Positions 7,088 to 14,982 of a stretch of 20,000 nucleotides of DNA are shown here, piece after piece (the first letter of the stretch is position 1; each line of letters opens with the position of its first letter). Origin of the DNA: an uncultured virus (IMG/VR IMGVR_UViG_3300050581_000203) (taxonomy: Duplodnaviria > Heunggongvirae > Uroviricota > Caudoviricetes). Position numbers and translations under genes: made by a program. A model generated the notes under the pieces. That model was not told the DNA's origin. It ran no database searches and saw only the letters and a list, made by a program, of their open reading frames with translations. Location: IMG/VR virus record IMGVR_UViG_3300050581_000203. One strand, given 5' to 3'.

Positions 7088-7166
7088 GGTTGTTTTAGGT
7101 TGTTTTGGGTTGTTTTTGCTAAGTGCCTAAAAAGCGGAAAAACAACCAATAACAACCAATAACAAC
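7088..7166. other. Candidate replication origin (inverted iterons)
   Basis: GGTTGTTTT at 7088, 7098 and 7108, and inverted AACAAC at 7141, 7151 and 7161 (10-bp period). Intergenic between helicase and primase. Confidence 0.75.
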
Positions 7167-7170
7167 TACA

Positions 7171-8244
7171 TTAAGTGTCAGAAGAAACCAAGCTCCAAAG
7201 GTCACGCGGCTTCTTGCCACGTTCGGCATGTTCATCTTTGCGGGCAACTAACCCCCGTCCCAGCGCACTCGTTAATTGCTTGCGCGCTGCCTCCTTGCTG
7301 ACCCCTAGCTTCGTCGCCACGGCTTCTGTTGGCTGATCGTCGCCCAGGTCATTCAGCGCTCGGAGTACGGCCCGGCCCGCGCGTATCTCTGCGATACGTT
7401 CGCCGTTGCCCTCGTAACTCCAGCCGGTAGCGCCATCGAACCGGATCGTCATGTCGTCGGATTCGATGTCACGCGCCTCGATGTGCAGCACTGCCTCAAG
7501 CTCTCTTGGTTTGCGCTGAATCACAACGCCAACGTCGTAGGCCCCACGAATTGCGCCCGCGCCCCGGATTAGCTCGAACGGGTCTTCGGCTTCCCCTTTG
7601 CGGGTATGATGCGAAATGACAAAAGTAATTTCGCGCCTGTGGGCTATATCCGCGAGTGATTGCACAATGCCGCCCATCGTCGAATTGTCGTTTTCGTCTG
7701 TACCCGGCCCGCAGGCCGCGCGCAGCGTGTCGATAAACACGGCTGCATATCCGCTTATGGCCTGCTCAAGTTGTGCCAGGCCCCCATCAGTCAGAGGCAA
7801 CAAGCCGAAGGAGAAACTAGACGCCGTGGGCTTCCATTTGCGGACATGAAGGCGCTCATGTATTCGCCGCTCACCATCTTCCAGGGCGATGAATAAGACG
7901 CCGCCGCGCTTTGTTTGACGGCCTAAGAATGAATCGCCAGTGTCAATGGCCGCTGCCAGTTGGAGCAACAACCAAGACTTGCCAGATTTTGGGCGGCCTG
8001 CGAGCAACACGCAATCGCCGCGCGCGACCAAACCATCCAGAAGAAACTCGCGTGGTGGATACTGGCGCGTGTACAACTCCACCCCTGTAGTCGTTGCAAG
8101 CCCGCCACCGGAAATGTTCGTGGAAAACAACTCAGCCAGCATCTGATCGCCTTCGGGCGTCCCGCCCAGCGCCCGTTGCAGCGCCTGCGCGCGCTCAGGG
8201 TCGCGGGCCAGCGCTGAGAGTTGCTGGGCAGTAGAATTAGACAT
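7171..8244 (-). CDS. AAA_25 / RSF1010-RepA-like replicative helicase with C-terminal winged HTH
   Basis: Likely start MSNSTAQ at 8244. Walker A GRPKSGKS, LFIALEDG, VFIDTL, HHTRK, IRGAGAI; C-terminal TEAVATKLGVSKEAARKQL...GLV. Confidence 0.92.
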   Translation of the reverse strand: MSNSTAQQLSALARDPERAQALQRALGGTPEGDQMLAELFSTNISGGGLATTTGVELYTRQYPPREFLLDGLVARGDCVLLAGRPKSGKSWLLLQLAAAIDTGDSFLGRQTKRGGVLFIALEDGERRIHERLHVRKWKPTASSFSFGLLPLTDGGLAQLEQAISGYAAVFIDTLRAACGPGTDENDNSTMGGIVQSLADIAHRREITFVISHHTRKGEAEDPFELIRGAGAIRGAYDVGVVIQRKPRELEAVLHIEARDIESDDMTIRFDGATGWSYEGNGERIAEIRAGRAVLRALNDLGDDQPTEAVATKLGVSKEAARKQLTSALGRGLVARKDEHAERGKKPRDLWSLVSSDT

Positions 8245-8404
8245 GTCCGCTCGCCTTCCGTGGGCTGGTGGATGTCTGTCCTTCAAGCGTGTTGCCGTGA
8301 GAAAGTTCCACGCTTGAAGGGCATTGCTGCGCCATACGCCGCGCGATCTTCGCGACCACGAGGGCCAGCCGCCTGGGCGGGCTAATCGGTCGAGACATGG
8401 ACAT
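8237..8404 (-). CDS. Small hypothetical protein
   Basis: ATG at 8404 with AGGAGG RBS; overlaps both neighbours. Confidence 0.5.
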   Translation of the reverse strand: MSMSRPISPPRRLALVVAKIARRMAQQCPSSVELSHGNTLEGQTSTSPRKASGHV

Positions 8405-8561
8405 GCTCCGCCTCCTGCGCGGCGCTGGTATCGCGCGCAATCAAAAAACGAAGGTAGCTCGAAGGGGACAAGCCAAGTTGGGACGCTCGCTGGTCGATCT
8501 TCGATGCAAGCGAGGGCGAAATGCGAAATTGCCGGATTAGCGCCATCTTCTGGCCTTTCAT
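8382..8561 (-). CDS. Ribbon-helix-helix (CopG-like) regulator
   Basis: GGAGG RBS; IRQFRISPSLASKIDQRASQLGLSPSSYLRFLI fits the RHH strand-helix-G-S-helix pattern. Confidence 0.75.
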   Translation of the reverse strand: MKGQKMALIRQFRISPSLASKIDQRASQLGLSPSSYLRFLIARDTSAAQEAEHVHVSTD

Positions 8562-8574
8562 TTGAAAACCTCCA

Positions 8575-8635
8575 AAAACAAAAAACGCCCGGCAAGAAAA
8601 AGCAAGCTTCAGCTTGCTAAACCCTGCCAGGCGTT
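8575..8635 (-). terminator. Attenuator-like hairpin in the replication-operon leader
   Basis: On the - strand, AACGCCTGGCAGG...CTTGCCGGGCGTT is followed by TTTTGTTTTT directly before the GGAGG RBS. Confidence 0.55.
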
Positions 8636-8657
8636 CTAAAAAGACGGCCTGAGTCGA

Positions 8658-8694
8658 ACGATTGAATCGTAACACAATGTATGGCGAATGTCAA
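8658..8694 (-). promoter_or_regulatory. Sigma70-type promoter of the replication operon with overlapping palindrome
   Basis: TTGACA (8694-8689), 17 nt, TACGAT (8671-8666) with extended TG. Palindrome ACGATT-G-AATCGT at 8658-8670. Confidence 0.75.
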
Positions 8695-8763
8695 TACGCG
8701 GATTATTTTACTAATCAAAAGTATATACTTCATAGAACCAATCCTCTCAAAGCGCGAAAAACG

Positions 8764-8800
8764 AAAAAAGCGGCCACATCTCACAAGAGACATGGCCGCT
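8764..8800 (-). terminator. Intrinsic terminator downstream of the tyrosine recombinase
   Basis: AGCGGCCA...TGGCCGCT stem followed by a T-run on the - strand. Confidence 0.65.
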
Positions 8801-8925
8801 CACTTGATCGACCGAATAGTGGCCGCACTTGCTGCCACTGAACTCCCCAATGCACTCGCACCTGGGATAAACTCGATTGCTGTAAATTCTAGGGAATCTG
8901 CTTTCATCTGTCAACATCCTGGCAG

Positions 8926-9933
8926 TTATTCCCCTGCCACCTGTCGTAGCGTGTCCAGCATGGCGCTACCACCCTCGCGGATGTAGCGATCCAGCATCAC
9001 GCGCGATGCGTGCCGTGTGACCTGCATGATTGCGTGATCGGGGATCCCATCGCGTGCGGCTTGGGTTGCGAATCCCGCGCGCAGGCTGTGGCCGCTGATG
9101 CGCCGGTAGTCGCTGGGTGTATCGCTTAGCCCGGCACGCTCAGCCAGGCGCTTGACCACCGAATCGACGTGCTTGTCGTTGATGCGCGCACGTCCGGCAT
9201 GGCCCCACTTGTCCACGCGCACAAACACCGGCCCGCTGCCAATGCCCGACGCCTTCAACCACTCGCGCAGGGCTGTCACAGGGCATATCGCCGTGTCATT
9301 GAGCCTGGGCAGCGTGAGGGTTTGGCCCTTGCTGCCCTTGTCGGTTTTGGTGTTGCGGAGCGTCAAAATCACCGCGTCATCGCGGAAAATCAGGTCACGC
9401 ACATCGAGGCCGGCTATCTCGCTTCTGCGCATGGCCCCAAACCATCCCACAAGCAAGATTGCCCGGTCGCGCTTGCCCCCAATGGTGTCACCCGTGGCGG
9501 CAATCATGCGCCGCAGGTCGGCAAGCATGATCGGGCGGGCTTGCTCTGGCGCTGCTTGCTCCGGCTTGTCCTGGGCAAGCTTGTTGTGTATGCCCTGCAT
9601 GAGGATGCGCACTTCCGGGGCAAGCGCTGGGTTTATGGCGCTGCCCTTGCCCCCATGCGCAAAGCTGATTGCCGACTTGTGAAGCTCGATGGTGCTCACC
9701 TTGTAGCCACTGTCGGCCAGGCTGGTGAGGTAGTGAACCACGGCGGGCACGCTGGCCGGCTGTGCCTGGTAGCCATGCGCTGCGCAGAACGTCTCAAAGG
9801 CCGCCCACGCCTTGCGGTACGTGATGCGCGTGTTGTCGCGCTTGCTGGCGTTCACGTAATCACGCGCAGACTGTGCCACCTGCGCCGGAAGGGCTGCGCT
9901 ATTGCTCGCTGGAATTAGCTGGGTCTTAGCCAT
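8926..9933 (-). CDS. Cre-like tyrosine recombinase (SAM-like N domain + catalytic domain)
   Basis: RDRAILLVGWFGAMRRSEI, NTKTD, ICPVTAL, SGHSLRAGFAT, TRH and DRY give a complete R-K-H-R-H-Y set. Confidence 0.95.
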   Translation of the reverse strand: MAKTQLIPASNSAALPAQVAQSARDYVNASKRDNTRITYRKAWAAFETFCAAHGYQAQPASVPAVVHYLTSLADSGYKVSTIELHKSAISFAHGGKGSAINPALAPEVRILMQGIHNKLAQDKPEQAAPEQARPIMLADLRRMIAATGDTIGGKRDRAILLVGWFGAMRRSEIAGLDVRDLIFRDDAVILTLRNTKTDKGSKGQTLTLPRLNDTAICPVTALREWLKASGIGSGPVFVRVDKWGHAGRARINDKHVDSVVKRLAERAGLSDTPSDYRRISGHSLRAGFATQAARDGIPDHAIMQVTRHASRVMLDRYIREGGSAMLDTLRQVAGE

Positions 9934-9946
9934 TGGTTTACCTCTC

Positions 9947-9978
9947 TAATGCCGATAAGTTTACATTATCGGACATTA
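9947..9978. promoter_or_regulatory. Candidate lox/dif-like recombination site of the tyrosine recombinase
   Basis: TAATGCCGATAA - GTTTACA - TTATCGGACATTA inverted arms, 13 nt upstream of the ATG. Confidence 0.7.
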
Positions 9979-10004
9979 TAACTCTGGTAGATTTCGGTAA
10001 ACCG

Positions 10005-11738
10005 TCAGGCGACGATCCGGCCCCAATGGGGCGGCTGTGCCCAAACTATCCCCCGTAGGTCAATATGCCAATTGCTAAGCCCATCCCCGTCGCGTCCGCC
10101 TGAGACGTCTAACCGCTCAGTGATTTTAGAATCCTGAGCGGTTATTTCGTTTTCCAGCACAAAACTGTAGTCCCGCTCCACCATCCCCGTCTGTCGAAAC
10201 AGGGGCACAAACTCGGCATATGGCTTGACACCCACGATTCGCTTCTCGTCTGTATCTACATAGACCGCTTCAAACATCTCTTTGAGCATGGCGTGGCGAT
10301 GCGCTTTGTCAGCTTTCGCCCACGCCGATCCAAAGGCCACCACCTGCTCCCCTGTCTCCAGCAAGTGATGAGTGTCTGGTACCACAAGACTGTTTATCTC
10401 CCGGATCAACTTCTGCGCTCTCTTTTCGTAAGCCGGAACGTCGGATTCCTCGATCAGCCCCTGCTCAAATTGGTAGTTGAGCCGACGCAGCTGACCACGT
10501 AAGTCATTGCGCCGTTTTTCCAGGTTCACCACCTCAGTGTCACTTGCGACCAGCTCATTGATACGTGTACGCCAATCACCCGGCATACTCAAGGCCGCCA
10601 TGTACTGATCCATTTGAGGTGTCAACAGGTCTTCGCGCACCTGTTGCCGTGAAGCATCACATGGCTCATCCCGCAACCATGAAGCACAACGATAGTAGTG
10701 ATGATGTTGCCCGCACTGACTCTGAATACTGCGTAAAGGCTTCCCACAACTCGCACAATGTGCTATCCCCTGCCCCAATAGGTACACATGAGACGCTTGA
10801 GGCGTTAACAATCGCCCAGGGTTATAGCGCTTAATCCGGGCTGCCATCGCACGGTCTGCCAGCTCTTGGTCAATGATCGCTTCATGTGTTCCCTGGCGCA
10901 CCTGAAAGTCACGCAGGCGTTCTGCTTTGGTCCGCTCTTTCACTCCCACATAGGGAGTATTACCCAGATAGAACTGCACTGCCTCCCGGTCAAATAACCC
11001 GGCAACAGAATCCTTAGTCCAGCCACGCCGGAGCGACAGGTCAGTATCAGGTCCAGCCTTAGCTTTGGAACTGGATATCAGGCGGTAGGTGCGTGACCCG
11101 ACACGATTGAGTTCATCTGCGACGTCCTGGTCTATCTTGCCAGCCGAACACATTTGGTATGCAAATTGCACAAAATGTGCGTCTGCATTTGGCACAGGCT
11201 TATATAGTTTCTTCACCTTGCCATTCTTGATTTCCTCTCCGACTTCAGTCTTCGAGTAGCCAAAGCGCAAATCCCCATTCCAATAACCCGCTTCAAAGCG
11301 AGCCACCTTGCCTTTCGTCGTTTCGGCACTCAGGTTTTGCAGATACCATTCGGCGAAGAAGGCCAGCATGACCAGCATCATCCGCCCGGAGGGTGAGGTG
11401 AAGTCAATCGACTCTGCTGCGCTGGCAAAGGTCACATTGCATTTCTGCAACTCATCCAGCGTCAACAAAACGTCCACCAGGCTGCGCGAAAATCGATCCA
11501 ACTTGTGACACACCACCACATCAAACTGGCCTTCACGTGCATCAGCCAACATCTGTTGGAAGGCTGGACGATGAACCGTCTTGCCACTCCAGGCCTCATC
11601 AACATAGGGCTTACCGTTGATCGCCCAATCAGGACGAGCGGCGATGAAGTTTCGACATGCTTTATCCTGGGCTTCAATACTCCAGCCTTCGGATTGTTCG
11701 TCACTCGAATACCGGTAATAACATCTCACTCTAGTCAT
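10005..11738 (-). CDS. Large serine integrase of element 2 (reads through the att core)
   Basis: RCYYRYSSDEQ catalytic motif, HKLDRFSR, FGY, GTHEAIID, IAHCASCG and YYRC. GRDG is encoded by the att core. Confidence 0.95.
   Translation of the reverse strand: MTRVRCYYRYSSDEQSEGWSIEAQDKACRNFIAARPDWAINGKPYVDEAWSGKTVHRPAFQQMLADAREGQFDVVVCHKLDRFSRSLVDVLLTLDELQKCNVTFASAAESIDFTSPSGRMMLVMLAFFAEWYLQNLSAETTKGKVARFEAGYWNGDLRFGYSKTEVGEEIKNGKVKKLYKPVPNADAHFVQFAYQMCSAGKIDQDVADELNRVGSRTYRLISSSKAKAGPDTDLSLRRGWTKDSVAGLFDREAVQFYLGNTPYVGVKERTKAERLRDFQVRQGTHEAIIDQELADRAMAARIKRYNPGRLLTPQASHVYLLGQGIAHCASCGKPLRSIQSQCGQHHHYYRCASWLRDEPCDASRQQVREDLLTPQMDQYMAALSMPGDWRTRINELVASDTEVVNLEKRRNDLRGQLRRLNYQFEQGLIEESDVPAYEKRAQKLIREINSLVVPDTHHLLETGEQVVAFGSAWAKADKAHRHAMLKEMFEAVYVDTDEKRIVGVKPYAEFVPLFRQTGMVERDYSFVLENEITAQDSKITERLDVSGGRDGDGLSNWHIDLRGIVWAQPPHWGRIVA
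10086..10099 (+). repeat. att core (junction element 1 / element 2)
   Basis: CCCGTCGCGTCCGC is identical to 1015-1028; base composition changes around this point. Confidence 0.85.
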
Positions 11739-11788
11739 GGTTTATTTTGTTTAAGGTGTTCATCTGCATCCGTTTAGGGCCGTGCATG

Positions 11789-11971
11789 TCAACGAGATTG
11801 CCGCTCCACCTCCGCGATGATTGCCAGCAGTCGCTCAATGCGCGGTGCGAGTACAGGACGTCGTGGCAATTTGGGATGTAGCGAGTCACGGTGCCCAGCC
11901 TGGTTCCCTGCTCTATGTAAGAGCGGTGAGCCGGTCAACTGCTTACTGGTCGTGTCTTCAAAATGCGTCAT
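11789..11971 (-). CDS. Small hypothetical protein upstream of the integrase (possible directionality factor)
   Basis: 60 aa with amphipathic C-terminal helix RIERLLAIIAEVERQ. Function is inferred from position only. Confidence 0.45.
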   Translation of the reverse strand: MTHFEDTTSKQLTGSPLLHRAGNQAGHRDSLHPKLPRRPVLAPRIERLLAIIAEVERQSR

Positions 11972-12078
11972 GCAATGGATTGGGATAAGTAACGGATGCT
12001 AAAAAGGTAATAACGGGCTGAGGCAAAACCTGACACAGGCCTTGCCTCAACTCACTAAACGGACAAGTGCGGGATCGC

Positions 12079-12303
12079 TTAGGAGTCCCGTCGCACAAGG
12101 TCTACCCGGCAATCACGGGTATCCTCAAGCCGCATATAGCTTTTGCGTCCGAGGACCCGGCGGCGCTGTTTACCTGACAACTTGAGCGTCTTGCAAATGT
12201 CGTGAAGCAGATGTGACAAGGGAGCCTCAATCTCATCGGCGCTTGTCTCGGCTTCGCGTTCGCACTGCTGGCGGAACTTGCGGAGTTTACTTGCGGATTT
12301 CAT
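12079..12303 (-). CDS. Small basic hypothetical protein
   Basis: ATG at 12303 with GAGAGGTG RBS; 74 aa; first gene after the structured leader. Confidence 0.65.
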   Translation of the reverse strand: MKSASKLRKFRQQCEREAETSADEIEAPLSHLLHDICKTLKLSGKQRRRVLGRKSYMRLEDTRDCRVDLVRRDS

Positions 12304-12362
12304 CTGACCACCTCTCAACACTAACTTGCTGGCTTTACCAAACTTGCCCCGCTAAAGCCAAC

Positions 12363-12410
12363 AAAAAAACGGGCGACCCTTGCCGGTGGTGAAAGCAAGG
12401 ACTGCCCGCT
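12363..12410 (-). terminator. Intrinsic terminator/attenuator in the operon leader
   Basis: On the - strand, GCGGGCAGTCCTTGC...GCAAGGGTCGCCCG is followed by T7. Confidence 0.7.
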
Positions 12411-12427
12411 TCAAAGTAAAATGCGGT

Positions 12428-12499
12428 TAGCCTTGCCGATGCCCTAAACATCGGTTGGGTCAGGGTTGTGTGGGTGCTGCTAACACCTATACGACCCGC
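12428..12499 (+). ncRNA. Candidate structured small RNA, copy 2
   Basis: Hairpin CCGATG-CCCTAAA-CATCGG, linker TGGGTCA and 14-bp stem GGGTTGTGTGGGTG-CTGCTAA-CACCTATACGACCC (three G-U pairs on the + strand). Confidence 0.65.
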
Positions 12500-12531
12500 T
12501 TTATAGCATTTATATGCTAACTATACTTAGT

Positions 12532-12560
12532 ATATTATACTAGCAGTCTACTCATGTCAA
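12532..12560 (-). promoter_or_regulatory. Sigma70-type promoter for the integrase operon of element 2
   Basis: TTGACA (12560-12555, containing the HTH stop codon), 17 nt, TAATAT; TATAAT also present at 15-nt spacing. Confidence 0.7.
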
Positions 12561-12772
12561 GTGGTTCGTTTGCCTTTTGCTCCATGCCGTCGATCTTCTG
12601 ACTTAGCTTTTGCCGCTTGACTGGCATACTCCAGCAAGTCTCCCCTATCAACCCAATATTGACCACCCTTCTTCTCAGCCTTGATTCTTTTCTGCCGCAA
12701 CAACAAAAGCAAGTGTGCAACACTGTAGCCGGTAAGTTGGCTTGCCTCTTCAGTAGTGATCCAGTCAACCAT
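12557..12772 (-). CDS. Excisionase-like HTH (HTH_17) DNA-binding protein
   Basis: MVDWITTEEASQLTGYSVAHLLLLLRQKRIKAEKKGGQYWVDRGDLLEY; homolog of 4017-4247. Confidence 0.85.
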   Translation of the reverse strand: MVDWITTEEASQLTGYSVAHLLLLLRQKRIKAEKKGGQYWVDRGDLLEYASQAAKAKSEDRRHGAKGKRTT

Positions 12773-12907
12773 ATTTGGAATTGTAGCGTTAACCACACCT
12801 GTTTGCCATATTGGGTATTCGACCTAAGCGTGAACATTATGGGGTATAAAAACAAAAATGCCTTAACCCTGAACTTACGACAATGAAAAGAAAAGGAGTT
12901 CACGAAC

Positions 12908-13384
12908 ATGGACAAATCACTTATCGGCGCAGCAGGTGTCTATTACGTTGCCGCGGAACTAAGCTTGCGCGGATTGATTGCCTTACCTACCATCCGGAAC
13001 ACGGCCGGGATTGACTTGGTCGTAGTTAACCCCGCTGGCACATGGAATGCAAACCTGCAAGTTAAAACATCGAAGAACAGAGTGTCGTTCTGGCCGGTTG
13101 GCACTCATTACACAAAACTCAGCGGACGCGACAACTATTATGCGTTTGTGCGTTATTTAAGCAGCCAAAAGTGTTTCGAGGTTTTTCTGGAAATGGCTGA
13201 TCGGGTCATTGATGCTACAGCTCGGGCGGATGAAATCGATCGGAGCAGGGGTAACAAGGTGTGGACGTCATGCTGGCACCTACCCAGGCAAGAAGATGAA
13301 GTCAAAAGACTCAGACTGCAATGGGAGCGATTCGGCGTAAATTTCAGATTCCCGAGAGCGAGTGAGAATTTGGAGGCAGCTTGA
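12908..13384 (+). CDS. Small PD-(D/E)XK-family nuclease-like protein
   Basis: GAAGVYYVAAELSLRG...NTAGIDLVV...LQVKTS; AAGGAG RBS. Confidence 0.75.
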   Translation: MDKSLIGAAGVYYVAAELSLRGLIALPTIRNTAGIDLVVVNPAGTWNANLQVKTSKNRVSFWPVGTHYTKLSGRDNYYAFVRYLSSQKCFEVFLEMADRVIDATARADEIDRSRGNKVWTSCWHLPRQEDEVKRLRLQWERFGVNFRFPRASENLEAA

Positions 13385-13462
13385 ATCCATTGGATGTTCA
13401 CTGTGATAATCCCAACCCCAACCAGCGTTGCTGAGTCTACTCAGGACAAGTTTCCTACATAT

Positions 13463-14404
13463 CTATTCTTGCTCTTTCAGATACTGGTTTACTTCCAAAA
13501 AGGGTTCGGTTTCAAGATTCAATTTTGCGACCTTAGCAAGCAGGAAAGCCCGAAGATCAAGTGGAACACTAAGCACTGTTCGCAAGTCATGACCCTCCAT
13601 TAAAAAGATGGATTTACTGGGATTTTGTTTAAGCAATGGAATAACGTTTTCTGACCATCCATTAACAGAGAGGAACATCCCCATAGTCTGACGACCCGAA
13701 CGATCTATTTGCCCCTTCAGACCATCGAGCTGCCGAATATCCGCTAATTTTTCGCGCCATCTGCACTCAACTAGGTAGTGCCAGCCATCAAGCTTGAATG
13801 CACCATCTATCTGCTCCCCACCATCATTCCGCGTAAAGCTCTTCACAACTGGGATATCATGAAGGTCAAACAACCGATTTATTAAATCCTGGAGGAGATA
13901 CCCTCGCCGCTGAGGATCATCCATGAGTTTAGCCAAATCGTCAAACATCATTAATAGCAGACTAGACTGCTGACCCACTCGCTTCAGTCGTTCCTTTTCT
14001 AGTCGCGCTAATTCTTCCTGGCGAGCTAGCACACGCTGTTTTTCCTCACGTTGCTCCATCAATTGGACTGTGCCGAGAATTTCACGAGCTTTTTGAACTG
14101 TGGCACGAGCAGCATACTGGTCATCAGCGAGATAGAACTTATCCCAATTTGCTGCGATCTCAACAATCTTACGTACGACCCCGGCACACTCAGGACGTTT
14201 ATCAACCTCCTCCAAAATGAGGGGAGCCATTTGACGTTTTGACAATGGCCGGTTATTGACCTCATCATGCAAAGTCAATATTTGCCGATAAATATCCACT
14301 GGTACGCCAGCAGGCTTCAAAATCATATTCACCATTGTGTTTTTGATATGTACCAGCGTAGCAATTGATTCGATAGCTACAGTCCGCTCTTCGCTAAGTT
14401 CCAT
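13463..14404 (-). CDS. Restriction-endonuclease-like protein (C-terminal Mrr-cat-type domain)
   Basis: PQRRGYLLQDLINRLF, GEQIDGAFKLDGWHYLVECRW, LKGQI, GMFLSVNGWS; N-terminal helical domain plus coiled coil. Confidence 0.8.
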   Translation of the reverse strand: MELSEERTVAIESIATLVHIKNTMVNMILKPAGVPVDIYRQILTLHDEVNNRPLSKRQMAPLILEEVDKRPECAGVVRKIVEIAANWDKFYLADDQYAARATVQKAREILGTVQLMEQREEKQRVLARQEELARLEKERLKRVGQQSSLLLMMFDDLAKLMDDPQRRGYLLQDLINRLFDLHDIPVVKSFTRNDGGEQIDGAFKLDGWHYLVECRWREKLADIRQLDGLKGQIDRSGRQTMGMFLSVNGWSENVIPLLKQNPSKSIFLMEGHDLRTVLSVPLDLRAFLLAKVAKLNLETEPFLEVNQYLKEQE

Positions 14405-14507
14405 CAAAGGCCTCGTATAGAGTGGGTTTCAAAATTGGCGTGTTAGTCGCTTAGATTCAATAAAATACTATATCAGCAAAATCGGACCGAAAAGTTATCT
14501 ATATTTG

Positions 14508-14624
14508 CGCAGGGCTCGTGGCCCTGCGGCGCTGTCGCTTCCTTCGTCGCTCCAGTCGCCGTTTTTTTAACTTCTGAAGAACTCGACAATAGAACTGGTT
14601 TGGGGTCTGGTTACGCTAACCAGA
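14508..14624. other. Hairpin cluster; candidate oriT / single-strand initiation region
   Basis: CGCAGGGC-TCGTG-GCCCTGCG (14508-14528), CGGCG...CGCCG + T7, and TCTGGTTA-CGC-TAACCAGA (14606-14624), all in the intergenic region upstream of the mobilisation genes. Confidence 0.4.
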
Positions 14625-14766
14625 GGAAGTGCTACTAATAACCGTATAATGGCCGCGGTTTTCGCAGATTTTCTATCCATAACAGGGTGGCGTTAAGGAA
14701 ATGGTAAGCGTTCATATCCTATGTTCGTTATTAGCATGTCACCACGACTCCAGTCATCTATATGTG

Positions 14767-14818
14767 TGTAATTAACTTGTCAATTACAGGTTGACGTTTC
14801 CTGTAATCAAGTTATTTT
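14767..14818 (+). promoter_or_regulatory. Putative promoter/operator for the coupling protein-relaxase operon
   Basis: TTGACG (14791-14796) is flanked by inverted ATTACAGG/CCTGTAAT, with a third TGTAAT at 14767. The -10 (TATTTT) is weak. Confidence 0.45.
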
Positions 14819-14982
14819 ATTGCGGCTAGAGTAAGTTGTTACTCAATTTATCCGACCAACATTTATTGAATTTGGTGATTGCCAGCCACACAAATCGGCG
14901 TAAATGCTCTAAACTAGTGGTAACAGCTTTTAAAATATGTAACTTACCCACTGGGTTTGAGTTAAGTCACAGGAGGCAGTTA

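Larger units (their letters stand above)
1015..10099. mobile_element. Element 1: about 9.07-kb LSR-integrated, capsid-less satellite-like / integrative replicon
   Basis: Bounded by 14-bp direct repeats. Carries integrase, xis-like HTH, terS-like HTH, primase, helicase, ori and tyrosine resolvase. All genes are on the - strand and the region is more GC-rich than the right-hand element. Confidence 0.85.

Noticed and set aside
9152..9918. Long + strand ORFs antisense to the tyrosine recombinase, and similar shadow ORFs over the LSRs, primase and helicase
   Set aside because: These are typical antisense open frames in GC-rich coding DNA, with no recognisable motifs.
10069..10074. CAATTG / TAATTG (1029-1034) as inverted arms of the reconstituted attP
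   Set aside because: The match is only 5-6 bp and centres on a single base rather than a dinucleotide, too weak to define the crossover point.
13122..13132. Inverted 11-bp match to the att core (GCGGACGCGAC)
   Set aside because: It is partial, in the opposite orientation and inside an intact ORF with no boundary signal; most likely chance.
13034..13281. Two 10/11 matches to TGCTGGCACAT in the small nuclease gene (about 13034 and 13271)
   Set aside because: They are isolated, imperfect and far from the array; I cannot distinguish them from chance without a genome-wide count.
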